DNA of 64,000 bases, from positions 16,306,001 through 16,370,000 of the forward strand of contig CM106586.1 in NCBI GenBank assembly GCA_048013815.1, in the 5' to 3' direction. How positions within the stretch are numbered: position 1 is the stretch's first letter; each line of letters starts with the position of its first letter. Source of the stretch: Setoptus koraiensis (taxonomy: Eukaryota; Animalia; Arthropoda). The position numbers and the translations under genes are program-made. Below the pieces are notes generated by a model, which had not been told where the DNA came from, made no database searches, and saw only the letters and a program-made list of their open reading frames with translations. This document shows, piece by piece, positions 11,011 through 21,904 of the stretch.

Positions 11011-11630
11011 ATATGTAGTAAAATAATTAATCATCACTAATTTGCTTGTCGTATAAGGTTAAGTAAAACTTCATATTAATCGGAATGACTGGCCAGTAGC
11101 ATGGATTCCTTCGAGTACATTCATTTTGGAATTGGTTATCTATGTGCAGTTGCATTGACTGTATTGAATCATACTGTTCGCTCCCATAGTACGCTTTCAT
11201 TTTGTTTTGATGCTCTTTCAATCTCATTGATAATCCATCTGACGCTGTTCGAGGAACGTCAACTTTATTTAATTCCATCAAAGTGTTGACTTGTGATATA
11301 TCCTTATAGAATTCGACATCGTCCACTTCTTGAATTTTGGCCTCATCTCTATCTTTCTGATGTTTCCTTGTTTCCAATATGAACTTCATATATTCTTCAT
11401 CCACCGAAGAGTCTGAATCTTCGTCTGCGATGTCTTCATCACTCTCATCATCTGTCTTGAGACGTTTCAAGATTCCAGTCAATTCGGTATCCGATAGTTC
11501 AATTTGGCGCTTACTCAGCTCATTTTCCTCTTCCTCTGATGACATCACGACAGGTGATCTGATACAATTAAAACAATTGTCTTTATTTTTTGATAATACG
11601 AATGTCCTATCGATTTTCAGGTCCTATTAA
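10089..11630. repeat. Segmental duplication copy B
   Basis: Direct repeat of 3618-5159. Confidence 0.95.
11027..11545 (-). CDS. GEMIN8: Gem-associated protein 8, copy 2 (identical protein)
   Basis: Same translation as 4556-5074. Confidence 0.85.
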   Translation of the reverse strand: MSSEEEENELSKRQIELSDTELTGILKRLKTDDESDEDIADEDSDSSVDEEYMKFILETRKHQKDRDEAKIQEVDDVEFYKDISQVNTLMELNKVDVPRTASDGLSMRLKEHQNKMKAYYGSEQYDSIQSMQLHIDNQFQNECTRRNPCYWPVIPINMKFYLTLYDKQISDD

Positions 11631-11892
11631 AGGTATCTGTAATTCGGGTTGTTGCTCTTTCTTTTTCGTTCTATTCAATGCTGATTATGCATAGTGCTTC
11701 AAAAGCGTTTTTCTTCTGTTTATTTTACAAACACAACAATGTGCGCCTGGCTATTAGTCACATGCTCAGAATGTGTGAAAAAATCACGCAGTTCAACGAA
11801 GAACAATCCCTGGAGTGTTTTTGAATAAACAGTTACATTATCCCTCGGACTATTGACTTATTTGGATTGAGGAGACCACGGGATCGACTATC

Positions 11893-12156
11893 ATGAATCA
11901 AGGCGATAAAAACAAAGACACTTTTGGAACTTATCAGAGCGTTGACTGGAGGATTGAAACTACATTGGCGTCGAGATTTGATCAAAATCCTGAACTCAGA
12001 GTTTCTGCTATGTTGAAACTTAATCTGGCGACCAAAGATGGAAATCCGTTCGGAGAACTAGTCAAAATTGACCCTAAACGTCTTGGTCAAGTTCACGAAA
12101 CCTTGGAAAAGGCTCTGAAGGTGGCAAACAAACGTAAACCATTGAAGCAACATTGA
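11893..12156 (+). CDS. COMMD2: COMM-domain protein, most like COMMD2 (COMM domain only in this ORF)
   Basis: YQSVDWRIETTLASR...MLKLNL...DPKRLGQVHETLEKALK resembles the COMMD2 COMM domain. In-frame TGA at 11854-11856 upstream of the ATG. Confidence 0.65.
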   Translation: MNQGDKNKDTFGTYQSVDWRIETTLASRFDQNPELRVSAMLKLNLATKDGNPFGELVKIDPKRLGQVHETLEKALKVANKRKPLKQH

Positions 12157-12193
12157 TTCAATCAAAATATACACACTTGAACACTTTAATTTC

Positions 12194-12994
12194 TTACACT
12201 TTTTTGAAGAATGACATTATCGAAGCTTGTTTCTTCTGAATGGGCTTCGACATTGGTTGTTTTACAGGTTGAGTGTTTTGGGATGACTTCAGTGATTGAC
12301 TGGACTGAGATTGGCTGGAAACAACTTTTTCCTCTATTGGGGTTGGCGTTCTGCAGTGTGTTTGATCTGTTGCGGTTTTCTTAGTGGGTGGTTCATCCTT
12401 GACAAAGGTGTTCTCTTCAAGTTTTCTTTTTACTTCAACAGTTGCCTGGATATTGTCGACATCCATGGGCCTTGCTTCGGTGAGCACATTTCCATCCAAG
12501 TCAACTCTTCTTAGGGGTTCTTTTTCTCTCAATTTACAATTAGGGTTTTTTATTTTAATCGAGTTACTGACTGTGTCTACTAGGTTTTGTGTAGCTTGAA
12601 AGCTGAACATCCTATCAAAACTATCCCTGACGTTGTGGCAATGTTTTTGGTTGGCTTTGTTCTTACCAATCTGAAATAAGTATTTCGAAGTAACTTTGGT
12701 GAAGTACTGTTCCCTCTCACTCAAGTCATCTTTGTCCACAATCATGAATCTGTGGATAAGTAGCTCATCCTGGTCACCATCAGTCTTGTAGCCCGATATG
12801 GCGTACTGTACTTCGAATGAATCTAGCTTGGAAGATAAACTCGATAGATACTCCTCGAAGAGTATTCGAGCCTTGTCATTAGTGAGACCAAAGCAACTCC
12901 GGACGTCGTCCAGCGTTACAACATCATGCTGGTCTAGTAGGTTATTTAAAATATCTCTCTGTTCCATTGTTGATTGATCTTGGTAGTGTTTCAT
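12194..12994 (-). CDS. POLD3: DNA polymerase delta subunit 3 (Cdc27/Pol32)
   Basis: N-terminal winged-helix-like region (DVVTLDDVRSCFGLTNDKARILFEEYL) and C-terminal PIP box KQASIMSFFKK. Start codon uncertain (12994 or 12967). Confidence 0.85.
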   Translation of the reverse strand: MKHYQDQSTMEQRDILNNLLDQHDVVTLDDVRSCFGLTNDKARILFEEYLSSLSSKLDSFEVQYAISGYKTDGDQDELLIHRFMIVDKDDLSEREQYFTKVTSKYLFQIGKNKANQKHCHNVRDSFDRMFSFQATQNLVDTVSNSIKIKNPNCKLREKEPLRRVDLDGNVLTEARPMDVDNIQATVEVKRKLEENTFVKDEPPTKKTATDQTHCRTPTPIEEKVVSSQSQSSQSLKSSQNTQPVKQPMSKPIQKKQASIMSFFKKV

Positions 12995-13268
12995 TTGAGT
13001 TGATACTAATGAGATCAATATATCTCAATTAAGCTGAGAGAATAAAAGACGCGTTATCTCAAGAGTTTAAGACGGGGTAAAATGATTATTTTTGCTTTCA
13101 AGAGTATAAACACGGTACGGTAATCATCCTTCTCTCATGAAAAAGTACGCCAAAACGGCCATTGTGCTCTCCGCCCAGTTACCTCATATGGTTGACCAGA
13201 AAGGTACGCATGCGCGTGGTCAAGATTGCGCGGTCCATTTGATGACAAAAATTTTCTGAAAATTATTT

Positions 13269-14018
13269 TCAATCGAGTAGATCTCTCTGTCCAAAGTGTT
13301 TACCAATCAGTAGTATTACCATGGAGCTTGACATCCATTTTTCACTTGGCGGATTCTCAAGTTTCCTTACTTGACTAAATAATCTTGATATCCTACGTAA
13401 TGTTGAATAAATATTTGATTCTAAGGGCTCTTCGAGTAGTGCCATGAGGGCGTAAATCCACGAGCCAGCGATAAAACCCTTTTTGTTTTCCATTTGCTGA
13501 AGTGTAGCCTCTAAGAGATCATGAATCTTCGATTGTTCAAGATGCGCAAGCTGACTGATCTTGGGGTGTTCATCCCACATATCTACAATATTCACAGGGG
13601 TGGCTATATTGGGCGAAGATTTCGAATGTTTCGAAACTTTACCTTTGTAACACTCAATTATTCTTCTAGTATCGAGGAAAGTTTCTATTATGCTTTTTTG
13701 CACGTCATCAGGAAGCAAAACCGAACACCTCATGAAGGTTTCACTGGTCTGACTTGGCAGCTGCATGAATCGATTCATTTTATTTTCTATTGATGATCTT
13801 GGTGCAACAGACACTTTTGGAAAATTTCTTCTTTCACGTTGGACTTGAAGAAGATATTCGTGTCCATTTCGAGGAGGTCCTACAGACTGAGACATTAAGC
13901 ATTCTTGGATCTGAGAGACCTCTATGGGTAAAGCTGCTGTGGGCTCATCTTCATAGTCGCTCTCTGATTCGTCATTACAGTCATCAGAGAAATGCTCACT
14001 TTCTATTGGACATTCCAT
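13269..14018 (-). CDS. GEMIN2: Gem-associated protein 2 (SIP1), SMN complex
   Basis: PPRNGHEYLLQVQRE, WIYALMALLEEPL and ILLIGKHFGQRDLLD motifs; single exon. Confidence 0.9.
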   Translation of the reverse strand: MECPIESEHFSDDCNDESESDYEDEPTAALPIEVSQIQECLMSQSVGPPRNGHEYLLQVQRERRNFPKVSVAPRSSIENKMNRFMQLPSQTSETFMRCSVLLPDDVQKSIIETFLDTRRIIECYKGKVSKHSKSSPNIATPVNIVDMWDEHPKISQLAHLEQSKIHDLLEATLQQMENKKGFIAGSWIYALMALLEEPLESNIYSTLRRISRLFSQVRKLENPPSEKWMSSSMVILLIGKHFGQRDLLD

Positions 14019-14599
14019 GTGATCAATTAGAGGATCGGTGATACTTTATAATTAAACTATGTAAGTAATAATGATTAGTAGTAGACAACAAGGTAGTTAA
14101 AAAAGAAAACAAACGCTTTAGACAGATTGCTTAAGTTCACTTGAAAAAGTAATCTCTAAATGCTCAACATGTATCACTATCAAAATGTAAATAATCGTGA
14201 AATACCCTGTTTGGAGCGAGAAAAAACTCAATATTGCATGGCACTTTGTTCTCGCACACGCTCATTCCAGGCAGGAAAAAATCCCAACAGTCATATGACG
14301 CCCACGACTGCGTTGTGCACTGTATTCTAGGGTCAAAAATATGAATGTTCATGTATCTATGAAACCTGCATCAGTCATGTTTGATCCTCAAACATTAATA
14401 ACTAAACATATATATCAGTATTTCTCCCTTAGACAAGAGTATGAGATATTATAATTTATTGAATAGTCTATCGGTCATCACAAATTTAGGGCACCTATAG
14501 GATTTATTAACCTGGATTTATATCAAAGATAATACAATCCACCTCTAGGAGCCAGGTTTAGGTCTATAGAGACGAGCCGGTTCGCCGCATCACAACCCC

Positions 14600-16729
14600 A
14601 TGATGTCTGGCCACGATTCCGAGGATGAAAGCGACGTTCTTGAGGAAAGTCCTTGTGGAAGGTAATAAAACAACACAATACAAATACGTGAGACATATGT
14701 ATTTTTGACCAAAGAACAACTAATCCCCAGTCAACTTCAACTTTCGGATATATAGTCCTTTTAATCCAAGTGAGATAATGATTAATATTGTTATTACCTT
14801 TATTCGTTTTAGGTGGCTGAAACGTAAAGAGGAAGTAGAACAAAGAGATGTTCCTGGTATTGACGCTACTTACCTTGCCATGGACACTGAGGAAGGGGTC
14901 GAGGTTGTTTGGAATGAGGTCAGGTTCAGTGAAAGAAAGTATTTTAGTGCCAGAGAGGAGAAGATTAGTGAGGTCTTCGAACGATTGATTTTGCTAGATC
15001 ACCCCAATATTGTAAAGTTACACAAGTACTGGATGGACAAAGATGTTGAGCACCCTAGAGCAATTTTTATTACAGAATATATGTCAAGTGGATCACTAAA
15101 ACAGTTCCTAAAAAAAACAAAACGCAATGTTATCAAGATGGCCCTTCCAGTAAGTTAGAACCAGATAATTATAAACTTTCAAGAGTTTCCAGTGTTCTAG
15201 AAAATAAACCAACATCATGTAATCTGCTTATCCCATTAACTGACAATTATCTATATAGAGTTGGACAAGATGGTGCTCTCAGATACTCTCAGCATTGTAT
15301 TATTTACACTCGTATCATCCCAGTATAGTTCATGGCAATCTCAACTGCGATACTATATTCATGAGTCATAATGGCCTCATCAAGATTGGTTGGGTAGGGG
15401 TGAGTATTCGATTGATTGACCTAATGCTACTTAACATTCTACCTAGTTCACATTTTTAGTGTGAGTTCATTAAAAAAACTCTAACAATATTAGTCATTCT
15501 TGTTCAACAATATATTTTTTTGTGATGAAATGAAGGGCACGGGAAACGATATTCTGCGTCAAGTCAAAACGATCAGAGATAACAAGATTAATGCCCATTA
15601 TGTCGCTCCAGAGGCCATATTGAATGCAAGTCGTCATAATCTAAGTGAAGGATACCAACCTAGTGAGAATGATGAAGAAGTCCTGACCACAGCTGCCGAT
15701 ATATATTCATTCGGAATGTGTGCCTTAGAAATGGCTGCGCTCGAAATCGGTCATTGTTCTCACAACCAATCATCATCGAAGGTATCATCAGCAGGCTCTG
15801 ACACCAATCAACCGGATCCCATTACTAGTGAAATTATTAACAAAACCATAGATTCTTTGGAAAATCCTCTACAGAGAGATTTTATTAGGAGTTGTATACA
15901 AAAAGATCCACATAAACGACCTACTGCGCGTGATTTGATATTTCATCCTATCATTTTTGGGGTCCCATCTCTTAGATTGATAGCTGCCCATAAGATAGTT
16001 AACACCTCACCATATCAACCTGAGCAACTCACAGAGGATGCTTTATTCCGTTCAGCATCTAAAAGAAACAAAGATACAGTGTTAGTGGAGATTATGCATA
16101 AAGATGGTCGCAATGGAATGACCATAACTCAAGGAGATACGCCCAGAAGGGAGCTAGATAAGTTCTTGGAAGAAGTCAGAAATGGAGTTTATCCACTGAC
16201 ACCAATTTTTATGGCCAATATTAATGGAACTTCTAATGTATCAGGTCGTCAACGAACTACTTCACCAGAAACAGCCAAAGAAATGCAATCAAACTCACCT
16301 GATCAAACTTACGACAAAGAATTACGTCGTATTGTAGATATGATGTGTAACATAAAGCCACATCAAAAGAACACAAAAGTAATAGACCTTACATTATTGC
16401 TCAGGATGGAAGATAAAATGAATAGGCAGTTATCTTGTGAAATGTCGCCCGATGATCCTGTTTCGGTGTTATCCAACGAACTAGTCTTCTATGGTTTGAT
16501 CAACGAGGTAAGTGTTAATTAGGCACACAAATCTTTAGTATGAATTTGCGGCTTGAAACTGCTAAATAACCCTTTTACCCTTTACTTCTACGGCTATATG
16601 CAGGACGATAGAGAGATGGTTAATCGGCTCATAGAAGACACTATCAATAGAGGATTGATACCAGATTCTTCCCTCTCTGTCTCGGTTTCCGTATCTCAGT
16701 CGCAAGAACAGATTGCTGCTCAAAACTAG
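14600..16729 (+). CDS. NRBP: Nuclear receptor-binding protein (Madm) pseudokinase
   Basis: DSEDESDVLEESPCGRWLKRKEEV, DTEEGVEVVWNEV, FITEYMSSGSLKQFLKK and LTLLLRMEDKMNRQL. Exons approx. 14600-14661, 14813-15149, 15259-~15390, ~15536-16507 and 16603-16729. Confidence 0.93.
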
Positions 16730-17848
16730 CATGATGTACTAACAACCACTTAGTCAACGTATCACTATCTTTTTGGACTCAAATACTTATAAAAAGTTTT
16801 AGTAAATATCGAATGAAAGAAAAAAACTCAATAAAAGGTTTGTGGTACGAGTAGAGTGCTCGTATAAGTCGGTATCTATAATTTCGGGGTTTTTGTTCAT
16901 TATGGTTGAAACTTGTTAAGAGATCGCCAGAGGAGTTGGCGTCTGGTTCTGAAAATAATTCTAATATTCTTTTTTATTTGTGAATTCATCAAGTTTGACC
17001 AGCCTATGTAGCACTTTTACTGACACTTACGCGTGTGGAGTGCTTGCATAAGTCTGTATCGGTAATTTTAGGGTTTGAAAGGTTGATAACTCTTCGTTTG
17101 TAGACGTAATCTTGTTTTGTCCTAAATGATATAGTTCATCAATTATTACTAGAACTTGGTCCACTTTTTTCTCGAGCGATTTCCGAATGTCCGAATTTCG
17201 AGATACCGCAATGGAATTGCGATATTTCGAAATTGAATTCGTTTTGTAAAAAGCGCTTTGTACTTATGTGACGCATGCGTAATAGTGATCGCGTCGGCAT
17301 TCGTTGATGTCGCAAATTTATCAAAGATGGCAGTTGGGTGCAATGGTCACAGGGCGCAACCTAACGTTTGCTGCGTAAACTAGCATCCAAGGAAAAGTGA
17401 TGCCCATTGGAAGCTTGCATCCATTTCTCGATGCAACGAATAAAGTATAGAGTGTTTGGAGCAATTCGCTCGTATTTAACTGTGGCCGCTGCCCTGCCTT
17501 CCACAATGCATTGTCTAAAATGAATGGTGGATGCTATGCGGGCACAGATTGTGAATAAGCACACTGTTAACCGAAGCCACTGCAGTAATTTATCGAACAT
17601 TCACTAGAGTTAGCACGACCTGCACAAACGAATCTGGCGAACGTTCTGTGCTCGCGTGCAGCACACTGTGCTTCATAAAATCTCTGTAATTCTAAACGGC
17701 CGCTAGAGGGTTTCGTGATGTTCCAGCAATCGAAGGTGGAATTGGATATCGCAAGTAAACTCCACTAAATGAATTCTCAATTACAACCAATTATACATCA
17801 TTATTATTACGAAATTATTACTTTCATTAATACAAACATTTTATCAAA

Positions 17849-20800
17849 ATGCGGTCCTCAAGCAAGGCCAAGCTCGTATATCCGCCACAATGTAAGGAGA
17901 TCAGCGACGATTTATCGACCGATGATTTAATTCGACGCATGAAGGACATTTCTATGGCATTTCAGCAACTATCTCAGGACGAAGACAACAGTCAATACCA
18001 ACCGCTGGCTTTGTTATTGTCCACCGATTTTTATCTGGAACACTCGTCTCGGGATGTTAGATTATTAGTTGCCTGCTCGATAGCCGACGTTTTCAGAGTG
18101 TACGCACCAAATGCTCCTTATCAACATCCAGACCTGATCAGAAAGATTTTCCTATTTTTTATTCAACAACTCAAAGGACTTCAAGACCCGAAGCATCCCA
18201 CTTTCAAGCGCTATTTCTACTTGCTTGAGAATCTGGCATGGGTCAAATCATTTAACATCTGCATTGAATTAGACGATTCTCAGTCGATATTTTGTGAACT
18301 GTTCTCTCTTATATTCTCCATTGTGAATGAAAATCACAGCGAAAAAGTAAAAAATTTCATGGTAGACATGTTGACACCGCTCCTGATTGAATCCGACTCT
18401 ACGTCGCCGGAACTATTAGAGATCATACTGATACAGATTATTGAACCTAAGAAGACCCACTCAAAGTACGCCTGCTTACTTGCGCACGATATAATTAAAA
18501 AATCAAGCAAAACCTTGGAGCCATATCTATTGAGTTACTTGGCTAATGCTGTAACATCGGGGACGAATCCATCTGAGGACGATCAATCAGAGGATTCCAC
18601 AAATGTCAAGACAGAAAACACTAAGTCGGCAAGCTTCCTGCGCAAAAATATAAGCGGTGTTTGTGACCTCATTTATGAACTAAACAAGGTATGCCCATCT
18701 GTGATGCAAGACTTCCTGCCACAACTAGAGTACAAGATTAAAAGTAATGACGAGAAAGAGCGTTGTGAGTTCACAAAGTTACTTGCTAGACTCTTTTCGG
18801 ACAAAGACTCTAATCTTGCTGAATTGTACGCGGATCTTTGGAAATCTTTTCTTGGACGTTTTAGAGATATAAGCGCAACTGTTCGCATACGTTGTGTTCA
18901 ATATTCAATGCATTTTCTTGTTAATCATCCAGAAATGAAAAACGATGTAACTGAACAACTCCGCCAACGACAACACGATCAAGACGAGAATGTTCGACAT
19001 GAGGTGGTCATGGCCATCATCAGTGCAGCCAAGAAAGGCATGGATAACATAAATGAAGACCTTTTGAGTTATGTGCAAGAGCGAACGTTGGATAAAAAAT
19101 TCAAAATTAGGCGTGAGGCCCTCTATGGTATGGCTCAACTATACAAACAATACGTTTTAGGTATCAAGCCAGAAGGTCCGGCGGCCTCTTCTGAGGCGGG
19201 CATGGCCGCTGTACGAATGCTGAATTGGATCAAAGACAAATGTCTGCACAATTACTACCAGACAAGCCTCGAGGATAAATTACTGGTGGAACGTATCGTT
19301 CATACATGCTTGATACCGTGCTCGTTGCCGTTGGAAGAAAGGATGAAAGTTCTTTACACCTTTTATGTTACAATAGATGCTCATGCTGCGAGAGCTTTTA
19401 ACGAACTTCTCAAACAACAACAGATAGTTAGACGACAATTTGCCGACATACTCGAAGTTCTTCACGACCCTTCGGGTGCTGCAAGGGACTCAACTCTTAA
19501 ACAAAAGATTCAAATATGTTCCAGGAGTTTACTAGAACCTGTGAAAACTGAGGAATACATAACTAAATTGATCAAAAACCTAGAGACAAATGAAACGTTA
19601 AGAAAACACATGGAACTTATTGTAGGATTATCATCTTCGAATTACGATGAGGAAGGTAATTTCATACTTCCTCCTAGTAGTAGCACAATAGAAGCCAGCG
19701 CCAGAGAGATACTTCGATCTCTTGGATACCCTGTTCAAACCAATTCATTCTACATGATTATAAAGAACCTCATGGAGAGAATAGCCCCAATAATGATCGA
19801 TCACGAGGGTCTACTGACAATCTTCACTTATATTTCCGATTCACTTTTAGGAGACGGTGAATTAGATACTAAGCTCGGGCTTCAAAACTCTGCTAAGCGT
19901 GGATTAGAATTGATTCTAAGTCTATCAATAGTATTCCCAGCCCTGTTTCACAGTCGGGAGCCATACAACAGCTATCTTCTACCGTTTCTGTGGCTGGGTC
20001 ACTCGAATCACAAGATTGCCGAGCTAGTCCTACAAATACTTGCTAGTATTGGAAATAGGCTAGGACCAGATTCTAAGCGAGAAGTAGCCAAAACGAAAGG
20101 TACTTACTCGTCTGTGCCATGGTGGGCTTCTTCACCTGAAGTTATACCGCGTATCATCAACAATTTTATTCTGGAGGCGTCATCACCTAAGCAAGCGAAA
20201 TATGCAATCCAATGTATCAATTCTATAGTAACATGCGAGCAAGAGAAAGACCAAATCTATGGACAAATACTTGATTCAATCAAGGAAGCAGGTCTCACTC
20301 TGGATAGTGGGTTCTTCAGGATTCATTTAGTTTCTCTCGGAATGATCGCCACTTGCGGTGGTCAGAATAAATACCCTGCTGTACTAAAGTCTATCATCAG
20401 TAAATTTGTAGTGCAGGGATTGATTATGAAAGACTTGAGAAGTGACATCGAGATAGAGGCCCAAGAAAAGTCAGAAAAAGCGAGAGGAAGTAGTGTAGAT
20501 TTTGCGCAAACCTTGGATCACTGCAGTGAAGAGGTTAAATGCAAGATTGAAGCCATTAAATTGATGGTAAGATGGATCCACGGTATGAAGCTCAATTGGT
20601 TGACTATGCCTGACAAAACAGATTTGCAAACAAAATATGTCAGAAATGCCCAAAATACATTGCAGTTGTGTAAAACAATGATACAAAATGGTGGTGATCT
20701 AAATGAGAAAAATCTCGCCGGCACTACAATCGAAAAAGCTCATCTACGTTTAGCAGCGGCTAATGCTATGTTAAGGATAGCTGCCAATGATAGTATTACC

Positions 20801-21833
20801 ACAGACAAATCTAAGAATGACGCCAATGGTGAAGGAACTGAGAAGAGTGATCTCAATCTTAAGAGAGCACCTGCTGCCATCTCACCTCTAATAAGTCCAC
20901 AACAATTACATATATTGGCCACAACATTGATTGATACTGAAGATTTCGTGAAAGAAAAATTCGCCTTAAAATTGCACAAAAAACTCATGAGTCTCGAACT
21001 TGGTCTCGAGTTCCTCGGAATCCTCTGTCTTGGTGGCACATACGACTCCGAATCACCCTTCTTCAAAAAACTAAAGTAAGTTACTGTCACAGCATATTTT
21101 GCTCTAATATCTTCACTGATCGCACAGATTTCACTAATGAAATTTTGATTACTTTTCCTCAAACAGGACTTATTTGTACACAAATCTTACCAAAAGGAGA
21201 GAACTTATCAAAACTAACAATGCTTATCTGCAAGCTCTACATCCTGATTGTGCCATGCCATTCGTAATTCATTTGTTGGCACATATGCCCTTCTACACGA
21301 AATATGATGATGTAGCACAATTGGAGATAGTTAAAAGTGAGTATAATCGATAATTATTTTTTTTTTATTAGTTTTTGATATCCTCTAAGTACTGAAACAA
21401 TGCCAACTACTTTCTCTTTTTTTTTACAGATTGTTTATGGTTTATAGTGGAACCGATGGTCTTAAAAAATGAAAATTATTCATTTACATTCTTCAAGAAA
21501 ACATTTGAAAGTATCAAGACTTGCATAGACAAAGTATCAGCGCCTGAAGAAGGTCAACCAATGAGTGCACATGCCTCTATGACTAACTACAAAATTTATA
21601 GTGCTTGCGATTTAGCAACTGGATTGGTTATGAGCCGGTCGCAGACATTCGTTTTAAAAGAATTGCCCATAAAACCGCAGTTACATTCCAAATATTTTGC
21701 CAGGTGTAAGAGTGCGATTGAGAATACCAATAAAAACTATCTTCCGCAAGAGATGCAATTCCCACCTCCGAAAAAGTGCGGACTCGAAACTGAAATGCTA
21801 AATAAGCAAAACAAAAAAGTCAAGAGAAACTGA
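17849..21833 (+). CDS. PDS5: Sister chromatid cohesion protein PDS5
   Basis: VRLLVACSIADVFRVYAPNAPY, FKRYFYLLENLAWVKSFNIC and RERTLDKKFKIRREAL. First exon 17849-21075, then two short 3' introns; last exon contains CLWFIVEP. Confidence 0.95.
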
Positions 21834-21904
21834 TGTAAAAATAAAAGTCAATGATAGTTAGAACAGCTTTTAAGCACTGAGTCAGATGCATAATTTTTCT
21901 TTTA

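Noticed and set aside
17240-17700. Short ORFs and a possible ncRNA between NRBP and PDS5
   Set aside because: Stops in the plus frames examined, short unrecognisable minus ORFs, and no tRNA, snRNA or snoRNA signature seen.
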